The position numbers and the translations under genes are program-made. Shown piece by piece: positions 52,240-64,000 of a stretch of DNA of 64,000 nt. The stretch lies in the NCBI GenBank assembly GCA_002269645.1, contig NIVC01003935.1, forward strand, positions 4,886 to 68,885, in the 5' to 3' direction. Every line of letters begins with the position of its first letter. Position 1 is the stretch's first letter. The stretch comes from Macrostomum lignano. Its lineage: Eukaryota. The notes under the pieces are model-generated. The model did no database searches. It was not told the origin of the DNA and saw only the letters and a program-made list of their open reading frames with translations.

Positions 52240-53240
52240 AGGGATGTCGATTCCCCAGGGAATTTTCTTATCGGGGACCTGGGGAATTTACTGTCATTCC
52301 CGGGGACCCTGGGGACCCCGGGGAAAAAAATAAGTAAAAAACAGCGGATAACTTAGATCTTTATAAGTCACTAAGTGGCATTTTTTAAACTTTGATTAAA
52401 GCTTTGGATGGACTACATATTCAAGGCGCAAGGGTAAAAACTTTAAGCAATGTTTGTTTGAAACTGTATTTGACAACATGGCATCACCAAATTGTGTGCG
52501 CACCTTTATCAGAAAGGGTCCAGACTCCGGAGGCGGAAAATGCATACTCAGCAGCTGCACTCGTGGGAGGATAATTAATGAATGAGACTGTTTTTATAAT
52601 CGGAATTTTAATTTCTTGCAGATACATGTAAATCACCATTTTGTCCTGTCTAATACGGAGTATTTTGTTATTGTATGACACCCCCCTATGCGTCAGTGAC
52701 TGACACAGGATATGGCGCTGTGCCTGCGTCAAATGTGTCAAGCCGTCAACGTAGACCAACACAATAGTCAGTAAGGCTTCTTTTTCCTGACAGGTTTCTA
52801 CGCTCGTACATTCAATTTGCTTGATTGAAAGACTCATAATGAAAAAAAAACATTCAAACAGGTCGCTAATTTCATAAGACCGAAATTTCACAATGCCAAA
52901 AATTCTACATGCAATACAATCCTTATTGTAAAGTTTTCTACAACGTGAAATTTTGGTCTTATGAAGTTTTGGTCTTGTGAAGTATGGTGTTTCGGCGTTG
53001 TGAAATTTAGGTCTTATGAACCCCCCCCATTCAAACGTGTGTTGTGTTTGAAATAATACATTGAAATAAGCAGTTTTGTGGTAAAAAAGCATAGACAGAG
53101 TTTCAATCAGCTTTCTGTGAATGATTTTCTTATTTAAATGGCAAAAATTTAGTTAAAAATGCTTTTTTTTCTCCCCAGGGTCCCCGGTCTAATTCCCAGG
53201 GGAGTATTCCCTGACAAGCTCCCCAGGGCGCCGCAACCTG
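52240..53240 (-). mobile_element. Decayed hAT relic with a dimerisation-domain fragment
   Basis: Inverted GGGGACCC/GGGTCCCC-rich ends; the minus strand encodes 'PPTSAAAEYAFSASG' (hAT C-terminal xTSxxxERxFS motif) at ~52525-52570. Confidence 0.5.
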
Positions 53241-53432
53241 GCCACAGCCACGCCACGCCGACCTGAAATTTAAAAAACATACCAAACACATGTCCAGGAA
53301 AATGTCACTTTTTCTGTTAAGGAATTATTAACTTTAACTTTTAACTTTTCAGAAGTTAAATTTTGGGCAAAAGTTAAATAATTAACTAGTTACAGTTAAT
53401 TTTTTTGGAGCAATTAAATTAACTTATAACTT

Positions 53433-56400
53433 CCCAGTAAAAAAGGGTAGTCGGAATCCGATCGGAATGTCCGGTCGGAATTTGTCAGCAAAGTGGCTCG
53501 TGCAATCCGGTCGTTTTCTAGTCGGAGTTTTCCGATCGGAATGTGACGCTAATATCCGACTAAATTACGATTAGGTTGTATTTTTCAGAATTTGCTTTTG
53601 CATCGGCTAGCTTGCGTAAAAAATAAACAAATCGGTTTTCAAAGTGCTTAGCAAAATAATACATTATTTAAAATATTATTCTGCTTGAAGAGTGAAGCAC
53701 AATAATGATTGGCTATTTAATTTACTCAATGCATTGTATATTATGCAATTATAAAGATTACAGTAAGCAATTTCTGCACAACACGTCAAGAGAGTAATTG
53801 TATTACACGTGGATGCAAGGAAACATCAAGAAAGAGCATAATAATAATGCAATATATGCAGAAAATGAGTGCCGAAAACAAATAATAAAATACAGAAAAC
53901 AAATGCAGAATAATACAATAATATGATTGATGAACAACACATGAATGCAAAAAGCTAGCTAGCTAGATAAATGTTGTGAACCAAACGGCTGCATTATCAG
54001 TCAGCGAACTTACAGCCAGAGTCAGCACATGGTTTGTCATCACAGGTGGCGGCAGAGGCGCTTCATTGTCGCAATTGCTTCCCCCACTGACACTCCACAA
54101 ATGTTGGTCTGGAGCTCTTGCACTTTCAGACGCCATCGCAGAAGCTCTAAATGGCCTTTGATGCAATCCAGAGAACTCGGAGGATATGGTCCTGCATTGA
54201 ATAATTTAGAGAGTTAATGGCATGATCAGCAGACCAGTTGGGCACCTTCACTGTCATTAGAAAGATTTGGAAATAAAAAATAAGGAGAATAGTTGTCTTC
54301 AGGCAAGGCAAGAAAAAACTTGACATTTGCAATCTTTAAAACTGGTATAAAAGCAATTGGAATATATACTATAAGAATAAAAACACAAAGAACACATACC
54401 CTTGAAGATCTCGCCAAAGTATGCTTGTACATATTCAAAGACATTTGATCTTTGATCCTTGTTAGCTAGGCCTAGTCAGCTCTTCCAGGATCCTTTTCCC
54501 CAGTCTTGAACTGAACCTAGAGATCCCATCCATTATGTAGCAAACAGACTGTGGCACCTTTGCACTAATGCACCACATCTAGACCAGCAGTGTCTGAAAT
54601 AGAAGCAGAAGCCATTGATAAGATAATAATACAAGCTGTAGCATGCTTAGTAAAGCTAGAACTAGGGGCCTAGTCTTAGTCTAAAAGTGCTCTATGATAA
54701 CTAAGAGAAATAATATAAACAATAAAAAATTAATACTAGCATAATCAAAATGTACAATCATATTTACTATTATAAATAATGTATTCTAAGGATATAATGT
54801 CCTGAGTATTTTTTATCTTATTGACCTGTTGTCTATTTGAACTTTCATTTGACATTGAGATATATAGTACTTTATTTATCTAAATATACTAAATCTTAAT
54901 ATTTCTAAAGGCAAAATTAAAAGACCAAATTATTCTAAGTCTTAGCTAGGGTCCGGATTGTGTAATAGTGTATGCTAGAACAAGAATCTTATCTTAGCTA
55001 AATGTATGCCAGTGTATGCCAAAAACAAAAAAATCATTAAAATGTAAACTAAAAAAGCCTCCTAAAAAGGTCATTTGGTTTTCACAAGTTGAGTTTCCTA
55101 AGAAAGGTTTTTGTATGAAAAGTATTCTTTAAAATATTATACATATTTTCATTTTAGACAAACTTGATTGTACCTATAAAAATAATGATGCAACATTTAC
55201 ATTTTAATAATAATTTTACTACTCTAAATCATTTTTAATTATAAAGAAGTAGAAAGTTTATTATTAATTTCTTGAGTATACAAATATTTCTTTATTTTAC
55301 ATAAAAACATTAATTTACATTGAAATTTTCATGCTCAACATAAATTTATTCACCAAAAGTTGTAGGCCAAAAATGGATGTGAATTTGTATACCAAAATTT
55401 GTATGCCAAAAAATGTATAAATTATACACCAAAATTTGTATGCCAACTTTAAAATGAGTCAGTTGACATTTGCATATCCAAATTTTCTGACATACATGTA
55501 ACATTCCAGGGTCTAGAGTCTTAGTTTAATTAGAGTTCTAGAGTTCTAAGCATAGAAATGTTTTATAAGCAAGTGTAAATAGCTATTGACATGTGGCCTA
55601 TATTATTTACTTACTAGGCCTAGTCTATAAATAATAAGTTAATAATTCTTCATTATAATACTAAAAAGAAAGTCTTATCTAAAAGCAAATTATAATATAC
55701 AATTGTAAACTATAGACATTATTCAATTACTTTGCTTAAATGCCTTAGCCTAAACAAATGTCTATTGATTGTTAGGTATATTGAGTAAACCTAATAAGAC
55801 ACACTAAATGTCTAAAGTAAGTTTAACTAGGGCCTGGCCAAGGCCTTATATTTTTAGATTCAATGACTAAAAGCCTAAAACTAGGTAGTATTAATTTCAT
55901 ATATAAGAAAAACAAGGTATAAGTTGTAGTTGTAGTTAAATGAAAATACTGCTTTAAAGACAATCTTGAGAAAAATGTGTAGCAAAATAGGCTAGGCCTA
56001 GACCCTAGTAAAGTAGGAATTGCAATAGGAGTAGGCCTAGGAGTATTGCAATTAGCAATAATTAATAAGATAGTGGTTAGGCATTAAGTAGGTTTTTAAT
56101 AACAAGGTTTTTAATTTTAATTTAGTAATATTTTTGCCAGTGCCAGTGCTAGTGCCAGTGGAAAGACGCTATAAGCAAAAATATAACGAAAAGGTTATAT
56201 AGAGAGGAAGGTAAAAAATAAATCGCTTTTTAAATACTTTCGATATAAATTGGATGGCCAGCATTTTTTTGTGGCATCAAAACAAAAACTGAATTATTGT
56301 AGTAATTTTTTGTATCATAAAGGTATATTCTGCACATTCTGGCAATACATAAAAGCAAGAAAACACGTTTAGTACAGCACATGCGTTATGAATATGGCTG

Positions 56401-56646
56401 TATCGGAAAGTAGGAAGAAAAATGAGTACAAATTCCGATCGGAAGAAGAAGAGATGGTTTCCGACTATTTTCCGATTGCGCAAATATAGCTCGAAAAACA
56501 TTTTATTGTATTTTTTATGCTTATTATCATAGTAACGTGTTATATAAAACAAAATATTGTGGTTTAAACCTTTTCCGGCAAATTCCGACTGCCGATTAAA
56601 TTCCGATCAGATTCCAATCGAATTCCGACTACCCTTTTTTACTGGG
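53433..56646. mobile_element. Non-autonomous TIR element, CACTA/EnSpm-like (CCCAGTAAAAAA ends, probable 2-bp TT TSD)
   Basis: A perfect 25-bp TIR CCCAGTAAAAAAGGGTAGTCGGAAT at both ends with subterminal TCGGAAT repeats and an AT-rich interior. The superfamily assignment is inference. Confidence 0.75.
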
Positions 56647-59600
56647 TTTTAACGAGTTAAAAAAATTGATTAACTTGCCCAGCACTGGGGGCTAATTGAG
56701 GAATGGGCCGGTAGTCTCCTCCGCCTCCACGCTGTATCCGTCGGTCGATGCCACCTCAAATTTGAGTTGGCAAACAAATAGTACTGTTTGACTATATTCG
56801 TTTTTAAACACATTTTTTTATGGCTGAATCCATCTAATTTTTGAATAGAATCAGCTAAGGCTTAGTACATTAAAACACAAAGAAATTTAATGAAGCTGGT
56901 TAGAACTCTTTAAAAATAAATAATTGTGTATCTGTGCTAAATTTATTATAGCAAATATATCAACGTACTCAAAATAAAAGTAACCTTTGCTCTCGACTTT
57001 GATCATGCACAACTTTAAAACGAAACGGGCAAGCGTGCATGCCAGGTACTTTAACTAGTGCACAATGTAGCACGGTGCACACAATACAGGACAGGCTTTG
57101 TACAGTAGCTTCGTGCAGTGCAGCATAGTTCAGTGTAGGCTAACAAGCTAACATGTGGTGTTCTAACAGGCGGCCGTGTAAAGTAAGAAAATATTGCTAG
57201 AGCAGAGGCTTAGATTTATGTAACCTAATTTATATTGTAAGTAATGATGAAATTAGAGATATATATAATGCGAACTCTTAGAGGAACTTGAGCTAATCAC
57301 TGATCTGATAACACTTTTAATATCTCACCAGGATTTTTATTGTTAATGTTATTGAAGTAGGCCCATCATTCAAAATTAGGCTATAGAAGAATAGTATAGT
57401 ATCTAGTACTAGTATAGGCCCTAGTTTGGCTTTTGTCTTGCTAGGGCTTTAAATGTCATTTTTAAACAATTTTAAGTATTTTAATTTAAATGCTAACCAA
57501 ATTATAGAACATGTCATAAGCTCTAGTTATCATAATAAAGATGAAGCTTTAAATAATGTCTTTTAAGACTAATAAATAGGGCCTATATATAGGCCTAGGT
57601 CATAATTTTTTCAAAAGTTTATTTGTTATATCATAAGCTAAAAATTTCTAATGACAAATTTTGCAACTTATCATTGGTCTGTTAATTTATGCTTGGTAGA
57701 TTAGCTAGATTAGCCAGAAATTGCGCTTATGCACATGGGATAAGCTGATAAGTAAACACTTGTTAAATAACTTAATATGATTATGTACTACATACTATGT
57801 TCATAATCATAATTATAGATATAGGTCCCTAGCAATTTTAGTATCAATTATGTATAAGGCCTATGATAACTTTTTTTTTACCAGATATAGCATATATGCC
57901 TAGCTAAGGTTAAATTATGTTTAGGTCTATTAGTTCTTTATAGCAATAAGAATACTATGCCATTTTCCACTTGTCAAACTATCAAAAGGGGATTTTTGAC
58001 AATTTTGCTATATTAAAATAAAGCAATTCAGGCATATAAGATTTAAGAATATATGCTAACTGTTTTGTTAATATACCTTCTCAAATAAGAAGACTCAAGT
58101 TTGAAAAGTCTAGTTGCCAAACCTTAGACTATCAAAAATTAAGATAGGCCTATTCAATCTTCAATGATTCTGCTATAAGTAGAGGCCTATCTAGACTAGA
58201 TATATTTTATTAATTATAATTTTAGACAAAAAGCCTAACTATTTTTTGTATAATTTGATTTCATTTTTTCCTTATAAGTGCTAATATATTATTCAAAATG
58301 TTCTTATGCACCAACCAGCATTATACCTTAGTGTAGCCTTGCCAAGCTTCTAATTTTATTAGCATATTATTTCCAAAGCAAGTGTTTGCATTTGCTCTGA
58401 CTTTTTTCATATATAGGCCTACTCAACTCACCCGATTTGTAAGGTGGCCCATGTAATGCACTTGATTTACTAAAGTAAAAAGTAAATATAGTTTTACAAA
58501 AAGTAAAAAGTTGATAACTTTTGTCATTCGCAACCAATGTTGACAAAATGTTAACACTATGTAATTTACTTTTTGACCAAAAATGTAACTTACTTAGGAA
58601 AAAAAGCCCTAAAGAAAAATTAATGCAATTTTGGTTAAATAAGAGGAGTAACTATTACTATTTTATATTAAGGCTAAATACCTCATTATCAAGGCCTAAT
58701 TACTACTAAGTCTATATTTTTGGTATCCTTAGCTAGTCTTTAATCATTTTATTATTACCCTATTGCTATTTGGCACCTTCAACAGATGATACTAGACATA
58801 TAAAATACAATTACAATTAAAGTATGATAGCTATTACTTAAAACTCAACATATTGAAAAGTTTGTTTTGATTATAATGGTAATTTTATTTGATTTCATGT
58901 ATACTTGGTAGTGTCAAAGGGCTGATTCTTCTGTCTCTTCAAATGATTCCATAGCTGTCACTAAAATTGTCAAAGGGCTAAATTCCTGTTATTATAAATT
59001 TTGGTAGCTGCCACCAGGATTATCCTATTAATAAATTATGAGTTTATCAATCTTAGAATAATCTGAGAAACATTTCTTAGAATTGATCTGAGTATATATC
59101 TTAGTATTTAGTCTGAGTTTTTAGTCTGAGTATTATTCTTGGAAACTATTAGCCCTTAAAGATTTTATTCCTCTGTTATTCTGGTAGCGTATATTCGGAT
59201 TCCGGTAGCATTTGCTGTATTTTTGGCCTGAGTGGTCTATTGGCTATACTGGTATATGTATTCCATGTACTTTGCAAGTCCTTGGGCATTACCGAGATCA
59301 GAAGGTCACAGCCTCCAGTTATTCTAACACGTATCACTTCAGATCTACTTTGTAGTTTCTTACTACTCAATACTGCTGCTTCTCAATAGTATGTACTGTA
59401 TATGCTTCAGTCTATTTCACTCTTACTTCCTAAAAGGAATTAACACAGAAAACACTTCTTCAATTCTTATTTTCTCCGAACTCTTACTATTCGCTATCAA
59501 TCACTTATTGCGGAACCACAATGCACAAGGTTGGTCTCTCCTCCATTGAAATTGCTTCTATTTATACTAAAATTTACTGCTAGTTTAAACAAAAATTAGT

Positions 59601-60066
59601 TTGCGTAAAATATTATAGAAAATATGAGTATTAAAACAAAATATGTTTCTCAGTTTTGCCATGAATTCAAATTGACTAAATGGTGACTATTTTATAAAGA
59701 AATCGGGAGGGGCCCTGCACAGTAGCAATCTTAAAAATCTTTTTATATCTATAGTCAGGTTTCTTTTTGTCTTTTGAAAGTGCTAACAGCATTTGAATGA
59801 CAACCAGATGCTTGAGAAACTAGCTCAAGGTACCTAACAAATGAGGTTGGCCCATTGTAATGTATAATAATGTATGTTCAAAATATTGAAGCTTGATAAG
59901 AAAAATCTGACTTTGTTGCAACAGGAAGTTGAAGTTGACAATAGCATTGGGATGATGAATGACTAAATAACTAAGAAACTGGATATAATTAATTTTTAAG
60001 AAACAATCACAATTTTTTTATTTCAAAATTTCAGACTTCCATTTGAGTGCACTCAAGATTCTAAAA

Positions 60067-62816
60067 ATGCCAAACTCAGCCCAAGAGCAGCATCAGCTAC
60101 AAGACAGAGATGAGCCTCTAGCGAATAAGCTCAAGTGTGTGGGCAATATCAACCAGCCATTTAGTGTGCAAGAATCTCTGCTAGCCAGTCAAGCAACAGA
60201 ATTTTTCTATAGCAACCAGCTTGATAAATGCCAGACTGCACTTAACTGGCTGAAAGCTTGTGACAGCCATCATCCTGGCCTGCTTGTCAACTGGGCTGTG
60301 CTGCAATTTTATAACTCTGGCGGTAACTGTGTGGACAAATTTGGCCAGGAACTGGCATTGGCTGCTGCTGCTGCTGCCGCTGATTCTTCCTGGCAGGAAC
60401 TGCTGGTTCAAACAGCTGAAGAGGTTGGAGCTTGTTTGATTTGCTGCATTCGATTAAGACAAACAATAGAACTTTTTAGTTTTTATGCTTTTATGATATT
60501 GTCTTAGTTGTATTTCCAGGCCCTACATTTCTCAGGAGATCCTCAGTTGCTAGGCCAGCCTCCCAGATCCTCAGTTCCTGGGCCAGCCTCCCAGATCCTC
60601 AGTTGCTGGGCCAGCCTCCCAGATCCTCAGTTGCTGGGCCACCAACCTCCCAGATCCTCAGTTGCTGAGCCAGCCTCTCAGATCCTCAGTTGCTGGGCCA
60701 GCCTCCCAGATCCTCAGTTGCTGGGCCAGCCTCCCAGATCCTCAGTTGCTGGGCCAGCCTCCCAGATTCTCAGTTGCTGGGCCAGCCTCCCAGAGTGTCA
60801 GTTGCTGGGCCAGCCTCCCAGAGTGTCAGTTGCTGGGCCAGCCTCCCAGAGTGTCAGTTGCTGGGCCAGCCTCCCAGATCCTCTCATAAAACTGACTGTC
60901 CCAACCTTCAGCCTGCCGCCGCCCAAGACCCCGCCTGCTCCGCCCTGCTGTACAACTTCGCCTTGGTGCTGCACTACCAGCGCAGGCACTCAGAGGCCAG
61001 GCGCCTGCTTGAGCTGGCGCTGCCTCTGGCACCGCCTGACTGCCGTCTGGGCGCTGCTATCCGTGAACTGCTGCTGGACACCCTGCTGTTGCGGCTGCGC
61101 CTGCCAGACGCCGCCATCAAGCTGATTGACAGCGAGGCTAAAAGTAGGCCGCCGGCTCCCAGCTCTCCTGAGCAGGCCGCTATTCTCAGAGCTGTTGCTC
61201 AGGCTCTGTCGCCAAAACCTGGCTCCAATAGCGCCTGTTCAGACTCAGATATCCATGCTAGTCTGAAGCAAGATACTAGGGAACGCTTAATTCAATTGGA
61301 TGCCAGAATCGAGGCCTCACTGATGCTCAAAAAATTTGATGGAGCGTTAAGCCTAGTAACTGAATTGTGTACGGAGGTAGGTTCCAGTTTTTATAGTGTC
61401 TTAATTAAATTCTTGTGGTACTGTATGTTTGCCTCTTGCTTCTCTTTCATTCTAGAATGCTAAGTCTCCCCACTCCCATGAATATTCTCCCCATTCCTCT
61501 GAAGATTGGTGCCCCATTCTCCTGAAGATTCGAGCCCTATTCCCCTGAAGATTCTCCCCATTCCCAGAAGATTCGAGCCCTATTCCCTTGAAGATTTTTC
61601 CCAATCCCCCTGAAGATTCGAGCCCCATTCCCGTGAAGGTTTTCCCCAATCATCCTAAAGATTCTCCCATTCTCCTGAAGATTAGAGCACCATTACCCTG
61701 AAGATTTTCCCCATTCCCCTGAAAATTCGAGCCCCATTCTCCTGAAGATTTTCCCCATTCCCCTGAAAATTCGAGCCCCATTCTCCTGAAGATTCTCCCC
61801 ATTCCCGTGAAGGTTTTCCCCAATCATCCTAAAGATTCTCCCCATTCCCCTGAAGATTCGTGCCCCATTCTCCTGAAGATTCTCCCCACTCTCCTGAAGA
61901 TTCTCCCCATTCTCCTGAAGATTAGAGCACCATTACCCTGAAGATTCTCACCATTCTCCTGAAGATTAGAGCACCATTACCCTGAAGATTCTCCCCATTC
62001 TCCTGAAGATTAGAGCACCATTACCCTGAAGATTTTCCCCATTCCCCTGAAAATTCGAGCCCCATTCTCCTGAAGATTCTCCCCATTCCCCTGAAGATTC
62101 TCCCATTCCCCTGAAGATTCTCCCCATTCCCCTGAAGATTCTCCCCATTCCCCTGAAGATTCTCCCCATTCCCCTGAAGATTCTCTTCATTCTCCTGAAG
62201 ATTCGTGCCCCATTCTCCTGAAGATTCTCCCCATTCTCCTGAAGATTCGTGCCCCATTCTCCTGAAGATTCTCCCCATTCTCCTGAAGATTCTCCCCATT
62301 ATCCTGAAGATTGGTGCCCCATTCTCCTGAAGATTCTCCCCATTCTTTTGAAGATTCTCCCAGTCCCCTGAAGATTCTCCCCACTCAAAGATTCTTGATT
62401 ACCGTGCCTATTTCCCAACTGCAGGTACAATCGGCAGACGAGGTCAAGTTAAGCTTCAAATTGCTGTCAGAAATTCGCAAAGCTCAATTATTGTATTTCT
62501 CTGGCAGCCTTGAGCAGTCTTTGTCATTGTTGCGCTCTATCGCCACGGCCAACAGAGACCATAGTCTCATTGTTCTCAATAATCTGTCCTGCGTGTATTT
62601 GCGGCAGGGTAAACCTAGGCTGGCTCAGCACTGTCTCAGGCAAGCGCTGCAGTGTCAAGTTGAGGATTGCAATCAGCTGATTCAACAGCAAAGCCAATCG
62701 GCAGATGAAACTGCGTCTACGTTGTCATGGCAACCGCATACAGCCAGTTTGAGCATGCTCGCGTCCGATCGGCACTTTGAGCTGCTGCACAATCTGGGTC
62801 TGGCTTTGCTGTTTAG
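60067..62816 (+). CDS. CNOT10: CCR4-NOT subunit 10 (TPR-like), 5' part; exons 60067-60423, 60912-61376, 62425-62816; continues beyond the window
   Basis: 'LASQATEFFYSNQLDKCQTAL...LLVNWAVLQFY', 'LLYNFALVLHYQRRHSEA', 'LLLDTLL', 'KAQLLYFSGSLEQSL', 'LNNLSCVYLRQGKPRLAQHCLRQAL' and 'RHFELLHNLGLALL' follow the CNOT10 motif order. Introns are GT-AG. Confidence 0.8.
60530..60880 (+). repeat. 28-bp minisatellite in CNOT10 intron 1
   Basis: Unit GCTGGGCCAGCCTCCCAGATCCTCAGTT. Confidence 0.93.
61470..62390 (+). repeat. 21-22-bp minisatellite in CNOT10 intron 2
   Basis: Unit CTGAAGATTCTCCCCATTC(T/C)C and variants. Confidence 0.95.
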
Positions 62817-62879
62817 GTGTGTCTTATTATATTACATAAAATAGTGTTTTCTTATCTGCTTAATATCTGCCGGATGCCT

Positions 62880-63490
62880 AATGTCTGTGTGCTAATGATT
62901 ATCCTAATGCCTACGTGCTAATGATTATCCTAATGCCTGTGTGCTAATGATTATCCTAATGCCTGTGTGCTAATGATTATCCTAATGTCTGTGTGCTAAT
63001 GATTATCCTAATGCCTACGTGCTAATGATTATCCTAATGCCTGTGTGCTAATGATTATCCTAATGTCTGTGTGCTAATGATTATCCTAATGCCTACGTGC
63101 TAATGATTATCCTAATGCCTACGTGCTAATGATTATCCTAATGCCTGTGTGCTAATGATTATCCTAATGCCTGTGTGCTAATGATTATCCTAATGTCTGT
63201 GTGCTAATGATTATCCTAATGCCTACGTGCTAATGATTATCCTAATGCCTGTGTGCTAATGATTATCCTAATGCCTGTGTGCTAATGATTATCCTAATGT
63301 CTGTGTGCTAATGATTATCCTAATGCCTACGTGCTAATGATTATCCTAATGCCTGTGTGCTAATGATTATCCTAATGCCTGTGTGCTAATGATTATCCTA
63401 ATGTCTGTGTGCTAATGATTATCCTAATGTCTGTGTGCTAATGATTATCCTAATGCCTACGTGCTAATTATTATCCTAATGCCTGTGTGC
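62880..63490 (+). repeat. 26-bp minisatellite in CNOT10 intron 3
   Basis: Unit GTGCTAATGATTATCCTAATGCCTGT / ...GCCTAC. Confidence 0.96.
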
Positions 63491-63491
63491 C

Positions 63492-63860
63492 AATCTATAT
63501 ACTAAAAATGAGTTGTCTGTGGGTATGCGATAGATTTCAGAAAAATTGGCTCAACGATTTTCTTCAAACTTGCACCATTCGATCAGAAATTTTCCTGGGA
63601 CGGTACATGCATCTTGGCTAAGAAATTGCTCAATGTTAAAGGGATTAAATATTCGAAAAACATGCTTTTTTTGCAAAGGTCAAGCCAAATTTTCGACTTG
63701 AAATGCATTGTAAGAATGCTGGAGAAAAACCTGACTGACTGAATTTCAATTCTGATAAAGATTGCATCACAACAAGTTGAAAACAGTGTCGAAGAAATGC
63801 ACACACGACTTGATTTAAATTGCGTAACCAATATTGCTAACTTGAACTGAGACTGATACT
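63492..63860 (+). mobile_element. Possible 5' portion of a non-autonomous Helitron
   Basis: Starts A|TCTATATACTAAAAATGAG followed by TGTCTGT and 'AACGATTTTCTTCAAACTT', resembling invertebrate Helitron-N heads. No 3' hairpin/CTAG was identified. Confidence 0.3.
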
Positions 63861-64000
63861 GGCTGACTGAGAAATTGATTATGTCATAACTTTTTACTCT
63901 AATTGACTTGCTATAAGAATTAAATTATAAGGGCAACAGTTCATGTTCTCCAATTGACAAGAGATAGCATTAGATGCGAACAGACTGGACTGCTAATGTA

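Larger units (their letters stand above)
51844..56687. mobile_element. Outer non-autonomous hAT-like element (12-bp TIR CAGTGCTGGGCA, TTAACTAGTTAA subterminal repeats) carrying nested insertions
   Basis: CAGTGCTGGGCA at 51844 and TGCCCAGCACTG at 56676-56687; inverted AT-rich subterminal blocks at 51860-52000 and 53320-53430. No matching 8-bp TSD was seen. Confidence 0.55.

Noticed and set aside
56700-60000. AT-rich region upstream of CNOT10, with many TAGGCCTA motifs
   Set aside because: No ORF, TIR pair or regular periodicity that I can support; treated as ordinary intergenic or promoter sequence.
60508-61125. Pro/Ser-rich ORFs extending CNOT10 exon 2 upstream
   Set aside because: They come from the 28-bp intronic repeat; splicing 60423 to 60912 restores the expected CNOT10 motif spacing.

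Overview
This is eukaryotic (animal) genomic DNA, not prokaryotic. It has GT-AG introns, GC-rich exons in an AT-rich background, and dense minisatellites and transposon relics. The style resembles a free-living flatworm such as Macrostomum, but that is an inference I cannot confirm. Six host genes can be rebuilt by hand: a melatonin-receptor-like GPCR (-, 4 exons), a complete GH31 lysosomal alpha-glucosidase (+, 8 exons, ~906 aa), adenylosuccinate synthetase (-, 3 exons, ~454 aa), an orphan tail-anchored protein (-, 2 exons), a divergent TRIP4/ASC-1-like gene with a Q/K-rich decapeptide array (-, 2 exons), and the 5' part of CNOT10 (+). Mobile DNA includes two Gypsy remnants, a LINE RT fragment, two mariners, a long-TIR IS630/Tc1 element, a very young MITE, nested hAT/CACTA-like elements, a tRNA-derived SINE family and a degenerate Crypton-type tyrosine recombinase. 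The most unusual object is an intronless ORF lying antisense inside intron 1 of the glucosidase gene. It encodes a PARP-like ADP-ribosyltransferase with an intact H-Y-E triad and a Myb/SANT-like N-terminus, and it is bracketed by inverted arrays of a 21-bp palindromic repeat, so it may be a PARP-carrying mobile element. All homology calls come from motif recognition by eye; no searches were run.
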